Positions 10,052 to 21,009 of a DNA stretch of 64,000 nucleotides are shown piece after piece. A program made the translations under genes and the position numbers. Position 1 is the stretch's first letter. The number at the start of each line of letters is the position of its first letter. The stretch comes from Myxococcota bacterium (GTDB lineage Bacteria; Myxococcota_A; Polyangia; Nannocystales; Nannocystaceae), in contig JBCCWC010000013.1 of assembly GCA_039194325.1 (NCBI GenBank), positions 61,559-125,558 of the forward strand, given 5' to 3'. A model generated the notes under the pieces. It made no database searches and had not been told where the DNA came from. It saw only the letters and a list, made by a program, of their open reading frames with translations.

Positions 10052-10675
10052 GTGGACACCCGGTCGGACTTCGAGCTGCTCCACGCGTGGCGGCAGGGCG
10101 ACCGCAACGCCGCCAACGAGCTGATGGAGCGCCACTACACGAGCGTCCACCGCTTCTTCACGGCCAAGATCCCCCACGTCGCCGACGACCTCACCCAGCA
10201 GTCGCTGCTGGCCTGCGTGGAGGGATACGAGGCGATCCGACAAAACGACAGCTTTCGCTCGTACCTGTTCGGGATCGCTCGGCGCAGGCTGCTCGATCAC
10301 CTACGCCAAAAGGATCGCCGCGCTCGCATGATGAGCTTCCGCGCCGCGCAGGGCCCCGATACTCAGCTCACCCCCAGCGGCGTGGTGGCCATGCGCCAGG
10401 AGCAGCGGCTGCTGCTGCGCGCGCTCGAAGCCCTTCCCCCCGACATGCACATCACCCTGATGCTGTTTTACTGGGAAGGGATGCCTACGGCCGACGTAAG
10501 CCGCGTGCTGGAGATCTCGGTGAGCGCGGTGACCAGTCGCCTCTCACGAGCGCGCGATCGCCTGCGCGAGACGATCGAGCGCATGGAAGCGACGCCAGAG
10601 GTCCGCGCCTCGCTGCTGGAAGACATCGACGGCTGGGCGCGCTCGCTCGTGGCTAGGGTCCACCCCTCGAAGTGA
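10052..10675 (+). CDS. ECF sigma factor
   Basis: Region 2 DDLTQQSLL...FRSYLFGIARRRLLDHLR; region 4 LEALPP...VTSRLSRARDRL. Confidence 0.9.
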   Translation: MDTRSDFELLHAWRQGDRNAANELMERHYTSVHRFFTAKIPHVADDLTQQSLLACVEGYEAIRQNDSFRSYLFGIARRRLLDHLRQKDRRARMMSFRAAQGPDTQLTPSGVVAMRQEQRLLLRALEALPPDMHITLMLFYWEGMPTADVSRVLEISVSAVTSRLSRARDRLRETIERMEATPEVRASLLEDIDGWARSLVARVHPSK

Positions 10676-10726
10676 ACACCGAGCGATCGCCCCACTCCCC
10701 ACGCCCGACCGATCCGCGGTGATAGA

Positions 10727-12889
10727 GTGAGCCCCATGCCGAGCGGACCCAGCGAGGGCCGGGGCGCGCTTGACACCGGGAGGCGATGGACCCTACGGCT
10801 CGCCACGCTGCTCGCGGTGCCATGTGCGGCCGCGAGCATCGCCGTGACCTCCACCGCGAGCTACGCGGACTCCGTCCTCACCGAGCATCGGCCGCTGCGA
10901 GCCGCCACGGTCCTCTACGTCGACGGTGATGCCCACGCGGGCGATCCGCCCGATCAATGCCCGGGCGACGGCTCCGATGCCTCCCCGTTTCGCTCGATCG
11001 ACTGTGCGTTCGCGAGCGGGACGATCCGAGCCGGCACCACCCTCCAGCTACGCGACTCGGAGATCCCCTATGCGGGCGCCGACTCGGCCGCTCACGCGCT
11101 GCCCTCGGGCACCGAGGCCAACCCGATCGTCATCGAGCCCGCGCCCGGCCACGCACCGATCCTCACGGGCCCCCTGACCCTGGCGGGACTCCGATACTGG
11201 ACGCTCCGCGATCTGGTCTTCGACGGCTCCGGCGGCGGCACCCCGTCGACCGAGGCCATTCGCATCACCTCGGACGGCATCGACACTACGCTCGGCGTGA
11301 GGATCGAGGGGACGACGATCCGCCAATGGCCCGACCGAGGCATCGTGCTACGAGGCACATCCTCCACGCCGCTGACGGGCGCGGTCGTCCAGGGCAACCG
11401 GATCGAGGGCGCACGCGACACCGGCCTGTGGCTCGAGAACGTCGCCTCCTCCACGATCGCCCTCAACGAGGTCTCGGAGCTCGACTGTGTCGCCTATTCG
11501 CCCTTCACCCTGTGTGACGAGTGCGGCCCCGAAAACTGCGCCCTGTGCGGCGACTGCCTGGGCGTGCCCCTCGGCGATTGCGGGGCCACCAGCGAGCACG
11601 AGATCGGCGGGCAATCCGGGGTGCGGGTGCTGGGCAATTCCTTCGACATCGAGCTTATCAACAACCACTTCCACGACTTCCTCGACGACGCCTGTGGCGT
11701 CGAGCGAACCCGCACGGCGGCCGTGTTCATCACCGGAGCCGGGGCCCGAGACAGCCGGATCGCCCATAACCTCATCGAGCGGATCGCCCCCGGCAACCCG
11801 GACAACGGCTACGGGATCCTCATGTACCAGAGCGCGCCCGGCTGGCTCGTCGAGCGCAACGTGCTCACCGAGATCGGCCACTGTGCCCTGTGCGAGGGTG
11901 ACTGGTTGTTCTACGGCTCACGACAGACTCAGTGGCTCCACAACACGGTCGTCGGCGTGACGGGCTCGGCCATCGAGATCCGCTGGGCGGCCGAGGCCCA
12001 GCTGCGCGGCAACCTGGTGGCCGACGCTCCCGACGCCCCGGTGCGGGTGTGGGCCGAGGGGGTGGCCGAGGCCCCCATGTTCGACAACAACCTCTACTGG
12101 GGGGGCGATCTGGTGGTGGGGCGCTGGGGAGACGACACGCCGCTCAGCTTCCTCGAGTGGCAGATCGTGTGCATGTGCGACCCCTCGTCGGCCTGGGGCG
12201 ACCCCTTCCTGCCGGCCACCCCCCCGTTCGATCCCACGCCAGCCGAGGTCAGCCTCGCGATCGACCTGGTCCCCGCACTCGATGCGAGGCCGTTCCACGG
12301 GGCCGCTCACGACGCCGGGGCGCTCGAGGCCCCGCTGGCGCTGCAGGCCCGCATCCGCAACGACTCCCCCGACCTGGTCCGGCTCACGCTACAAAACGAG
12401 TTCGCCCCGCCGCTTACGGGGTTCGAGGGCTGCGTGGGATTCAGCGTGGAGACCAGCGGCGTGTCGCTGCCGCTCGATTCCTGCGCCGTCGTCGGCGACG
12501 AGCTGCAGCTTCGCCTCGTCGAGCCCGCCAGCGGGGGAACCCTATTGTTCCTGACCTACGCGGGCGGATCGGTCTCCGACTCGGCGGCGATCGGCGGGCT
12601 GCTGGGCGCGCGCCTACGACCCATGTCGCTCATCGTGGACAACGATGCACCCCTGCCCTCGGTCGACGACACGGCGGGCGAAGCGAGCAACTCGAACGGC
12701 ACCACGAGCACGGATCCGGACGGGGGCTCGGACGGAGGCTTGTCCGGAGACGACGAGGGCGGGGGTTGCTTTTGCCGCGGCGACGGCTCGGCCCCTCGAT
12801 CGGCCCCCAGCCCCCTGGCGTGGTTGCTGCCGCTGCTCGCTCGCCGACGCCGCACGAGCCATGCTGCGACCGATCGCGCGGGCTGCTAG
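10727..12889 (+). CDS. Secreted right-handed beta-helix protein with SwmB-like repeat and MYXO-CTERM-like tail
   Basis: LYVDGD...GSDASPFRSID start of beta-helix, Asn-ladder repeats, C-terminal GCFC...LAWLLPLLARRRR. Start codon uncertain. Confidence 0.75.
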   Translation: MSPMPSGPSEGRGALDTGRRWTLRLATLLAVPCAAASIAVTSTASYADSVLTEHRPLRAATVLYVDGDAHAGDPPDQCPGDGSDASPFRSIDCAFASGTIRAGTTLQLRDSEIPYAGADSAAHALPSGTEANPIVIEPAPGHAPILTGPLTLAGLRYWTLRDLVFDGSGGGTPSTEAIRITSDGIDTTLGVRIEGTTIRQWPDRGIVLRGTSSTPLTGAVVQGNRIEGARDTGLWLENVASSTIALNEVSELDCVAYSPFTLCDECGPENCALCGDCLGVPLGDCGATSEHEIGGQSGVRVLGNSFDIELINNHFHDFLDDACGVERTRTAAVFITGAGARDSRIAHNLIERIAPGNPDNGYGILMYQSAPGWLVERNVLTEIGHCALCEGDWLFYGSRQTQWLHNTVVGVTGSAIEIRWAAEAQLRGNLVADAPDAPVRVWAEGVAEAPMFDNNLYWGGDLVVGRWGDDTPLSFLEWQIVCMCDPSSAWGDPFLPATPPFDPTPAEVSLAIDLVPALDARPFHGAAHDAGALEAPLALQARIRNDSPDLVRLTLQNEFAPPLTGFEGCVGFSVETSGVSLPLDSCAVVGDELQLRLVEPASGGTLLFLTYAGGSVSDSAAIGGLLGARLRPMSLIVDNDAPLPSVDDTAGEASNSNGTTSTDPDGGSDGGLSGDDEGGGCFCRGDGSAPRSAPSPLAWLLPLLARRRRTSHAATDRAGC

Positions 12890-12899
12890 AGTCGAGTCG

Positions 12900-14369
12900 A
12901 TGCACCCGGCGGCCACGTCGGCGGTGAGACCCCGAGAGCTGCCACCAGGCACCCGCCTGGGCCGCTACACCCTGCGGCGGCGAATTGCCCGGGGCGGCAT
13001 GGCCGAGCTCTACCTGGCCCAGGTGCACGGCGTGGAGGGCTTCGAAAAGCTGGTGGCGATCAAGCTGGTCCTGCCGCACGTGGCCGACGACCCGACCTTC
13101 GTCGCGATGTTCCTCGACGAGGCCCGCCTGGCCGCGCGCCTGGATCACCCCAACATCGTGCAGGTGCTCGATCTCGGGGTGGCCGACGGCGAGCACTTCA
13201 TGGCCATGGAGTACGTGCACGGGCGCGACGTCAAGCAGCTGCTCACCGCGGCCACCGATCTGGGCGGCCTGTCCCTGGCCGGCGCGCTGACGATCGTGGC
13301 GGAGGCCTGCGCCGGGCTGCACCATGCCCACGAGCTGGCCGACGAGCACGGCCGACCGCTGGGCGTGGTGCACCGCGACGTCTCGCCCTCGAACTTCATC
13401 GTGCGCTACGATGGCGAGGTCAAGGTGGTCGACTTCGGGATCGCCAAGGCGGCCAACCACAGCAGCGTCACCCGCACCGGGGCGCTCAAGGGCAAGGCCG
13501 GCTATATGTCGCCCGAGCAGTGCCGCGGCGGGACCATCGACCGGCGCAGCGACATCTTCGGGCTAGGGATCCTGCTGTTCGAGACCACCACCTGCCTGCG
13601 CCTGTTCTTCGGCGACAACGACTTCGCCGTGATGAACCGGATCATCGACTGCGACTACGAGCCCCCGCGCGCGCTGATCCCCGACTACCCGGAGCGCCTC
13701 GAGGCCATCGTCACCCGCGCCCTGGCCAAAGATCCAGCCGACCGCTTCCCGACCGCGTGGGCCATGCGACAGGCGATCGAAGACTTCGCCCTGGCCGAGG
13801 GGATCCGCTTGTCGACCGCGCAGCTCGCCATGCGCATGCGCGAGCTGTTCGGAGAGGTGGTCACCCCCACGGCGATCACGCTCCCCGTGACGCAAGATCA
13901 TGAGGAGACCTCGACGACGCTGCCCACGTTCCTTCGAGGACGCCGCCGAACGACCACCGTAGGGCTGAGCGTGGCCGGGGTAGCCCTGGCCGTGGCTGGA
14001 TACCTGGCGGGCACCGCCAACCGGGCTCCCGCCCGAGCTCCCACCCCCGCGTCCACGCCAGATCCCGCCCCAGGTCCCGATCGAGATCGCACCAAGGCCC
14101 CAGACCCCGCGGTGACCCCCGAGACGGGGCCAGCCGGGCGCACCGAAGCGAGCGCAAACGCGAACGCAGCCGCATCCGACGCTACCCCTGAAGCCGCCCC
14201 CGAAGTCGCCCCCTCGCCGCCCACCGAGCCGAAGAGCACCGCGGCCGAGGCCGCCGCGCCGAACCCGGGCCGCAGCAAGAGCCGCGGCCGAAAGCGCCGC
14301 GCCAAACGAACATCCAAGCCTTCGCTTGACCCGGGCTCGACTCCCGATGACATGATGCCCCGGCAGTAG
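12900..14369 (+). CDS. Ser/Thr protein kinase with a single TM helix
   Basis: IARGGMAELY, VAIK, HRDVSPSN, DFG, YMSPE, followed by a hydrophobic segment. Confidence 0.92.
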   Translation: MHPAATSAVRPRELPPGTRLGRYTLRRRIARGGMAELYLAQVHGVEGFEKLVAIKLVLPHVADDPTFVAMFLDEARLAARLDHPNIVQVLDLGVADGEHFMAMEYVHGRDVKQLLTAATDLGGLSLAGALTIVAEACAGLHHAHELADEHGRPLGVVHRDVSPSNFIVRYDGEVKVVDFGIAKAANHSSVTRTGALKGKAGYMSPEQCRGGTIDRRSDIFGLGILLFETTTCLRLFFGDNDFAVMNRIIDCDYEPPRALIPDYPERLEAIVTRALAKDPADRFPTAWAMRQAIEDFALAEGIRLSTAQLAMRMRELFGEVVTPTAITLPVTQDHEETSTTLPTFLRGRRRTTTVGLSVAGVALAVAGYLAGTANRAPARAPTPASTPDPAPGPDRDRTKAPDPAVTPETGPAGRTEASANANAAASDATPEAAPEVAPSPPTEPKSTAAEAAAPNPGRSKSRGRKRRAKRTSKPSLDPGSTPDDMMPRQ

Positions 14370-14371
14370 CC

Positions 14372-15238
14372 ATGACCGGCATCGCCCCCTGCACCACAAG
14401 GCCCAGCAAGCTCGGAAGTCTCGGGCTCATCCTCGCCATGGGAACGAGCGGGCTCGCGCAGGCCGCCCCGCCGCCGCCCGCTCCCGACGAGTCTTCCTCT
14501 CCATCGCCCGAGACCTCGCCCGAAGCCTCGCCCAAAACCTCATCTGCCCCGGGACGATCTCCGGCGCCCGACGCCGCGCTCCGAGCTCAGCAGCACTTCA
14601 AGGCCGGCGAGTGGGATGCCGCGGTCGAGGCACTGATGGAGGCCTATGCAGCGGATCCCAACCCCGCCTACCTCTACGCCCGAGCTCAGGCCGAACGCAT
14701 GCGCGGCAACTGCCGCGTGGCGATCCCGCTGTACCAGCGGTTCCTCCAGCACGGCGTCACCGAGCAACAACGGGCGGACACCGAGCGCCACATCCGGCTG
14801 TGCGAGGAGATCCTCTTCAACGAGCAAGCCGACCCCGAGCCCGAGCCTGCCCCGGCCCCCTCGCTGACCAAGACGCCGCCGCCCGAGCCACCCCCCGCGA
14901 GCCGCGATACGCCCACACACCCGTGGACTCGTGATACTCCGGGCCTGACCCTGCTGGCGACCGGAGCCGCGGCGACGGCGGTCGGAGGGATCCTGTGGGG
15001 CCTGGGCGCCCGCGAGGTCCGCCGCGCGCCAATGGCCAGCGTCGAGGAAGCCTACGAGCGACAAGTGGCCCAAGGGCGACGAGACATCGGGCTCGGAGTC
15101 GCCATGACCGTGGTCGGCGTCGCCTTGGCGGTCAGCGGCACGATACGGCTGGGGGTGATCGCCCGGCGCCATCGGGCACGCGTATCGGCCTGGCTGAGCC
15201 CAGGCACGGGCGGCGTGCACGTGTCGACCCGGTTCTGA
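14372..15238 (+). CDS. TPR-like membrane protein
   Basis: AQQHFKAGEWDAAVEALMEAYAADPNPAYLY helical repeat, Pro-rich linker and two C-terminal hydrophobic segments; starts 2 nt after the kinase stop. Confidence 0.75.
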   Translation: MTGIAPCTTRPSKLGSLGLILAMGTSGLAQAAPPPPAPDESSSPSPETSPEASPKTSSAPGRSPAPDAALRAQQHFKAGEWDAAVEALMEAYAADPNPAYLYARAQAERMRGNCRVAIPLYQRFLQHGVTEQQRADTERHIRLCEEILFNEQADPEPEPAPAPSLTKTPPPEPPPASRDTPTHPWTRDTPGLTLLATGAAATAVGGILWGLGAREVRRAPMASVEEAYERQVAQGRRDIGLGVAMTVVGVALAVSGTIRLGVIARRHRARVSAWLSPGTGGVHVSTRF

Positions 15239-15296
15239 GCCGCACTCACCCCATACGCGTATCGACCCAGTGCTGAGCCGCACTCACCCCGTACGC
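15221..15296. repeat. Tandem 38-bp imperfect duplication spanning a stop codon
   Basis: GTGTCGACCCGGTTCTGAGCCGCACTCACCCCATACGC followed by GTATCGACCCAGTGCTGAGCCGCACTCACCCCGTACGC. Confidence 0.9.
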
Positions 15297-15908
15297 TCAG
15301 CGAGCGTCGTCGTCACCCGCCAGGCGATCGGCCATGGCCCGGTACGCTCGATGGGCTCGAACTCGGGCCGCCCCCGGTCGGATCCCCAGCTGCTCGGCGA
15401 CCTCGCGCATGGGCAGCCCGTGCAGCTTGTGCAGCTCGACGACGCGACGTTGATGCTCGGGTAATCGAGCTAACGAATCATGCACGGCCACCTGGGCCCG
15501 GTGGCGGCGCTCGGCGACCAAGGCTCGATGCTCGGCGTCGGGCTGCTGGGAAGCGAGCTCCTCGGGCACGGGGAGCGCTCCGACCAATCCAGCGCCGGCG
15601 CCCGAGTAGCGCCGCCGTAGCTCGCTGACGGACGCGTTGCGAGCGATGGCACAAAACCAGGACACCACGCCTTCCGCTCCGCGAAGCCGTGAAGGGTCGA
15701 AGCGCTCTCGCGCCGCGTGGGCCTTGAGGAAGGTGTCTTGCACCAGATCATCGACCATCAGATCACACCCGAGGATCGCATGGACCTGCCGGCGAATATG
15801 CGGCGCCAGGGCGGCGTATAGAGCAGAGAACACGGAGCGATCGCCTTCGAGGTAGCGAAGCATCAGGGCGACCAGGGGTTCGATGCCCCCGGCGATGCAG
15901 GGGTGCAT
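15297..15908 (-). CDS. ECF sigma factor
   Basis: DDLVQDTFLKAH...SWFCAIARNASVSELRR and LARLPEHQRRV...ARVRAHRAYRAM. Start codon uncertain. Confidence 0.85.
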   Translation of the reverse strand: MHPCIAGGIEPLVALMLRYLEGDRSVFSALYAALAPHIRRQVHAILGCDLMVDDLVQDTFLKAHAARERFDPSRLRGAEGVVSWFCAIARNASVSELRRRYSGAGAGLVGALPVPEELASQQPDAEHRALVAERRHRAQVAVHDSLARLPEHQRRVVELHKLHGLPMREVAEQLGIRPGAARVRAHRAYRAMADRLAGDDDAR

Positions 15909-16649
15909 GGAACGACTCCCTGGCGAGAGGCACGGCAGACCGGTGTTGCTGTCTTCGGGATGCATGGTGAGCTCGAAAAGAGGTAGCGACACGCCTCGAC
16001 CGCTCACCGCCGGGTTTCGAACCCAACGGGCCGTCACGATCACTCGCTGGCACTTTGCGGACCGATGCGCGCATGTGCATCGGCTCCGACCAGCGGATCT
16101 CCCGCTCGCATCATCTGGCGAGGGAGTTCCCTTCGAGGCGGAGGGGATTGCCGAAACGGAGGTGGGGCGCTCAGCTTCGGCGTGTCACTTACCGATATGC
16201 TCGGGGAGGCCCTGAAGTAACGCTCCACGGCAAAAAATGTCTTGCCTACATTGTGGGGAGATGAGCGAGATTCCCGAACCCGTGGCGCCGGAGCCGGGAT
16301 CCATCCCCATTGACCCGGGCCAGCCCGCTCCCACAAAGCGCCCGCCAACCGCTTGCGCGCACCAGATGCGCCAACCGCGACATCCCCGCCGCACCGCGTC
16401 GACCTCGACTCAAGACCGCGGAGGGCTACGGGCGCGCGGGATCCAGCGGTCGCTCGTCGCGTCTGGCCCGTCGCCCGTCTCGACAAAGACGAGCGCTGAG
16501 CCCAGCGCTGGCATCCGCGAGGCCAACCCGGCCCACGTTCAGCCGATCATCTCGCTGACCGTGGACCGGGTCACGTTGGTCGGTCGACCGTTATGCTTAC
16601 GCGTGGCGACCCGGTCCGAGGTCGCCGCGCCTTCCCGTTGCGCTACGCG

Positions 16650-17912
16650 CTAGAAGAAGTTCTCGACCTGGTTCATCGTGGGGTTGAAGTTGCCGGCGGG
16701 CCGACCCTTGAGCAGGTAGAAGACCATGCCCGCATCGGAGGCGTCGCCGGACTTCGGTCCGTCCGTCACGTCGTCATAGAGCGCCGAGTCGACGTTCTGC
16801 AACCAGCTCCAGGCCCCGGCGGAGCTGTTGAAGGCCGGCGGGTTCTGGTCGTTGATGTGGTCGAGATCGATGTTCAGATCGGAGAGGTACGTCAGGTTCG
16901 CTTGCTCGGCCGCCGAGCAAGACCCTGGGTTGTTGACGCTCCCACACTGGCAAGGATTGGGATCCCAGCAGGTGTTCATCTGCGGACCCCTCGCGTACCG
17001 GTCGTTCCACAAGCTGTGGGAGATCGCGGTGATGTACTGCTCCTTGTTGTTGGGGCCAGCGGTGATGAAGTCGTAGGGGACCTGCATGGGACCCGCAATG
17101 ACATAGAAGAGCTCCGGCTTGTTCGCGCCGAGCTTGCTCTGCATCACGTCTACGAAGTTGTCCTTCGCGTTGTTGTAGCCCGATCCCTTCGTCCCGTTGA
17201 CGTTGAAGAACACGCTGCTGTCGAAGCCATAGCGACCGATGGCCGCGTTGACGTTGGCGGCCTGATCGCCCGCCTGGCTCGTATTCCCGGCGAGGTTGGT
17301 GTTGTAGGCCCAGTGCACCACACAGTCTTGGAGCCCCGCCTCCGCGATGAGGGCCATCGCCATCGGCGTGGCGTGGATGTCGTCGTAGTCGTGGATGTTG
17401 CCGTCGGAATCGTAGGCGATGTAGTAGGGGCAGCCGTCTCCGCCGCCACCACCGTCACCGCCACCACCGTCACCACCACCGTCACCGTCACCGCCACCAC
17501 CGTCGCACGGCTGGTTGCCGCAGATGCAGATGCCGCCACCGCCATTGTCGCAATCGGTCGCGCCCATGTACATCTGCTTGCACTGGTTGGTCGTCGTACA
17601 CTCGCCGGCATTGCCGCCACCGTCTCCGCCGCCGCCACCGTCTCCGCCACCGCCACCGCCACCGTCTCCGCCGCCGCCACCGCCGTCGCATACGTCGTTG
17701 CCACAGATGCAGACGCCGCCGCCGCCATTGTCGCAATCGGTCGCGCCCACGTACATCTGCTTGCACTGGTTGGTCGTCGTGCACTCCCCCAGCGCACGAT
17801 CGAACGCCTCGAAGTCATCCTCGACCTCGGCCGCGCAGGCCGACAATAACAGCCCGAGCATCATTACCGCACATCGAACACTCCCCTTCGTGCTCCTATT
17901 CATTGCCTTCAT
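16650..17912 (-). CDS. Lipoprotein with duplicated Cys/Gly-rich module and Asp-rich hydrolase-like C-terminal domain
   Basis: RBS AAAGGAG before ATG 17912; lipobox LSAC; two copies of ECTTTNQCKQMYxGATDCDNGGGGxCICGN; motif AYDSDGNIHDYDD. Confidence 0.75.
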   Translation of the reverse strand: MKAMNRSTKGSVRCAVMMLGLLLSACAAEVEDDFEAFDRALGECTTTNQCKQMYVGATDCDNGGGGVCICGNDVCDGGGGGGDGGGGGGGDGGGGGDGGGNAGECTTTNQCKQMYMGATDCDNGGGGICICGNQPCDGGGGDGDGGGDGGGGDGGGGGDGCPYYIAYDSDGNIHDYDDIHATPMAMALIAEAGLQDCVVHWAYNTNLAGNTSQAGDQAANVNAAIGRYGFDSSVFFNVNGTKGSGYNNAKDNFVDVMQSKLGANKPELFYVIAGPMQVPYDFITAGPNNKEQYITAISHSLWNDRYARGPQMNTCWDPNPCQCGSVNNPGSCSAAEQANLTYLSDLNIDLDHINDQNPPAFNSSAGAWSWLQNVDSALYDDVTDGPKSGDASDAGMVFYLLKGRPAGNFNPTMNQVENFF

Positions 17913-18996
17913 TGTTCTCTCCTTTGTTTCCGACTCCAATTTCGACGCATAACCCCAGGGCCTGCATCTACCGTCTGCAAATACCACCATCACTGAGCCG
18001 GTTCAAGCGACAAACATCGGTTTCATCAGCGAACGTGACCCCGGCTATTTCAGTTCCTCGACACCGGCAATAATAGACCACCACTCTCACACCTCCCCGC
18101 GTCACTCAAATCCGCACATATTCCTGAGCTTGCACTACTAATCGAACATCCACCTTCATTTAGGATTACGCACTTATGCATTGAATGAACCTTGTGCGAA
18201 CCACAAACAGTCTCGACAGACCTTGCTGCTCTCCATCTCAAACGTGCATATTCGCGAGATCCAAAGACACTAGTAGAAACCGAAGAAGGACAGCGAGCGC
18301 CCGTTCATCGGGTAATGAGCCCTTCTGTCGTTGCATCTCGAACGAACTAGAGCCAACGTCGTGAGAAGACAAACATCTGCCTTCCGAAGCCCATGCATGA
18401 GCTCCTGCGGGCATTCTGGCGCCCGCGCAATTATTTCGTGAGACAAAAATCCTCCCCGATCAACTTCGCGAGTGCACCAAACGACACGACCACCGGCCCG
18501 CACGAGCGACCATCGACGGGTGCGCAGGGCAAGCATTGGTTGAATTCGATGAATTCAACCAGTTCATACAATTAATTATCACTATATTACAGATTCATCC
18601 ACCAACACACCATCGATGACCGACTTCTGCCAGACGGCGCACCGATCGACCAGCACCCGATACTCATCGTAATTGGAATGAAGTATGCCGGTTCCAAGGC
18701 GCTCGATTCTCGATCTCACCGATCGAGAGAATTCGCCGGTACCCGATCGAATCACGACCCCCGCAGAAGTCACCCGGGAGCTCGATCCCCGAAGGACGCT
18801 GCACGACCGGAGGCCCGTGACCATCGACTCTTGCCCGACTCGCCCTTGGCACCCCGGTACGACGCTCAATGTCACCAGCCTGCGCGCGCATACACCGTAC
18901 GCCACGACACCAGCACGATCCCGCCCCTTCGTACCCGCACCACCGCTCACCCACGGCCGACCGAGCATCGCCGCCCCGATCCGAGTACCATGGGGT

Positions 18997-19773
18997 ATGG
19001 CTTCACCCTTCCCTCACATACTCGGACGCTCCCTGCTCGCGGTTGGCCTGCTCACCACCGCCTGCAGCGACGATGGCCTGGCCGGCGCTAGTGGTTCGGC
19101 GAGCGCAGGCTCGACCCGCGGCTCCACCACCGCCCCCGACATGGCCAACGAATCCATGGGCGACCCCGAGCAAGGTCCCATGACCAGCAGCGGTCCGGAC
19201 TCCGGCCCACCCGGAGCCGACACCAGCGGCACCGGCATGTCCGACGGTACGGGCGGCACCGGCATGTCCGAGGGCACGGGCGCCCCCGCCACCGGTAGCG
19301 ATACCGGTAGCACCGGCACCGGCACCGGCTCGACCGGCGAGTCCACCGACACGGGCACCAGCACCGGCGGCCAGGGCAACGTGGTCTACTCGGCCACGGC
19401 CATCCCCGGGGGGCTCGACCGCATCCGCATCAACAAGGCCGACCTCGACAACGATCGCTGCACGTGGGTGGTCCTGGTCGCGCCGGCGCTCCCGGGCTCC
19501 TACCCCGGGCTGGCCACCCCCGCCGGCTGGAGCGTGGAGTCGGTCTTCATCAACGACGTAGCCGCCGCCTGCAACTCGGACAACCCGGCCATGTTCGGCA
19601 GCGAGCCCGCCCTCGACGCCAACGGGACGATCACGTTCGGCATGCTCGGCGGCGGCGGGATCTACCCCTGCATGGTGGACATCGACGCGCTCCTCGACTT
19701 CCAGGGGGTGCTCCCCATGATTCCTCCCATGGACGACATGATCGCCGTGGACATCCCCGTGATGGGGTGCTGA
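18997..19773 (+). CDS. Hypothetical lipoprotein
   Basis: LTTAC lipobox, Gly/Thr/Ser linker and small C-terminal domain; GC-biased codon usage. Confidence 0.7.
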   Translation: MASPFPHILGRSLLAVGLLTTACSDDGLAGASGSASAGSTRGSTTAPDMANESMGDPEQGPMTSSGPDSGPPGADTSGTGMSDGTGGTGMSEGTGAPATGSDTGSTGTGTGSTGESTDTGTSTGGQGNVVYSATAIPGGLDRIRINKADLDNDRCTWVVLVAPALPGSYPGLATPAGWSVESVFINDVAAACNSDNPAMFGSEPALDANGTITFGMLGGGGIYPCMVDIDALLDFQGVLPMIPPMDDMIAVDIPVMGC

Positions 19774-20005
19774 CGGCATCGGCGCTCCACCGCCGGGCTC
19801 GTCGAACACATCTCGTGACCAGGTACGTGGTCACGCGCTGATGTAGGAGAGCCTCGCCTCGCGCTAATTCCCTGCTGTGGTCGCTGCTGCGTGGGTTCCG
19901 GGCCTGCCCGGGCGCCGCGAGAGCAGGCGATCGCTCCAACGATCACCCGACGCTCTGCCTGGAGTGATTGCCCGAGCCACCAACCGGGGTCACGTTGAGA
20001 GTCCT

Positions 20006-20947
20006 ATGGCTTACCTGCGACGCTTCGCTCTGTGCACGTTGATCCTCGGCTCCGCCTGTGGAAGCGATGACCCAGGCCAGAGCGCCCTGCCGCCCTCCGA
20101 CACCGAGGGCACGTCGACCGGCGAAGACCCGAGCAGCTCGGACACGACGGACCCCGACTCCACCTCGGCTGGCGAGGAGGCTTGGGCGGAGATCTGCGAC
20201 GGCTCGGACCAGATGCGCCTGGCCATGGTCCTAAGGGACGGCGGCGTGGTCGACAACGAGATCGTCCGCGAGATCGGCTCCGCCTATCTCTACGTGCGAG
20301 GCACCTGCGAGTACTGGGTGCTCCCCGCGATCGACGGCGTGCTGTGGCCCGACGCTCGCACCGGGGTGCTCGACCCGTCAGCCGAGGAGGAGCTGTCGCG
20401 GGTCCTCAGCTACGACCGCCTGGACGAGATCGCGGGCACCTGGGGCGCCGACGAGGATGACGGCGCCACGCTGCTCGTGTCCGACGGTACGTCCACGGTG
20501 TCCTGCTATGCAGGCTGCGAGCTGGGCCCCGTGGCGGCCCGAGTCATGTGGGGGCAGCTCGATCGCCTCGAGCCCCTGTGGGACAACAGCGAGCCCTACG
20601 CTGGCCCGCTGCGGATCTCAGTGGTGGGCTGGGCCAACTCGGTTATCGACGAGCTCGGCGTGCCCTGGCCGCTAGAGCGAGATCCCTGGTCGATCGCGAT
20701 CGATGGCGACACCGAGCCAGGCTCGGAGACCCCGAGCCTGTTGATCGACGACCCCGACGAGGTGGCCGCCCTGCGGGAGCTACGACGACAGTATCGAGAG
20801 GACGACCTACCCGAAGGGATCCCCAACGCGCTACAGGCCTACGGCCACCTGAGCTTCACCAGCGAAGACGGGCAGGATCTGTTCCAGCTGTGGATCCGCG
20901 ACGCCCTGCCGCTGGAAGATGAAGACGGCGCGATTGTGCTGCCCTAG
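20006..20947 (+). CDS. Hypothetical lipoprotein
   Basis: LGSACG lipobox, acidic protein. Confidence 0.7.
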   Translation: MAYLRRFALCTLILGSACGSDDPGQSALPPSDTEGTSTGEDPSSSDTTDPDSTSAGEEAWAEICDGSDQMRLAMVLRDGGVVDNEIVREIGSAYLYVRGTCEYWVLPAIDGVLWPDARTGVLDPSAEEELSRVLSYDRLDEIAGTWGADEDDGATLLVSDGTSTVSCYAGCELGPVAARVMWGQLDRLEPLWDNSEPYAGPLRISVVGWANSVIDELGVPWPLERDPWSIAIDGDTEPGSETPSLLIDDPDEVAALRELRRQYREDDLPEGIPNALQAYGHLSFTSEDGQDLFQLWIRDALPLEDEDGAIVLP

Positions 20948-20960
20948 ACCGCCCTAGCGA

Positions 20961-20984
20961 GGCGGCGGGGATCGACCCGCCGCC
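20961..20984. terminator. GC-rich hairpin between convergent genes
   Basis: GGCGGCGGG-N6-CCCGCCGCC; no U-tract. Confidence 0.45.
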
Positions 20985-21009
20985 GCCCGCGAGCCGCGGC
21001 GAACCTCTA

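Noticed and set aside
17443..17730. GGC/GGT-rich repeats as a non-coding repeat element
   Set aside because: They are in-frame poly-Gly linkers and a duplicated module within the lipoprotein CDS.
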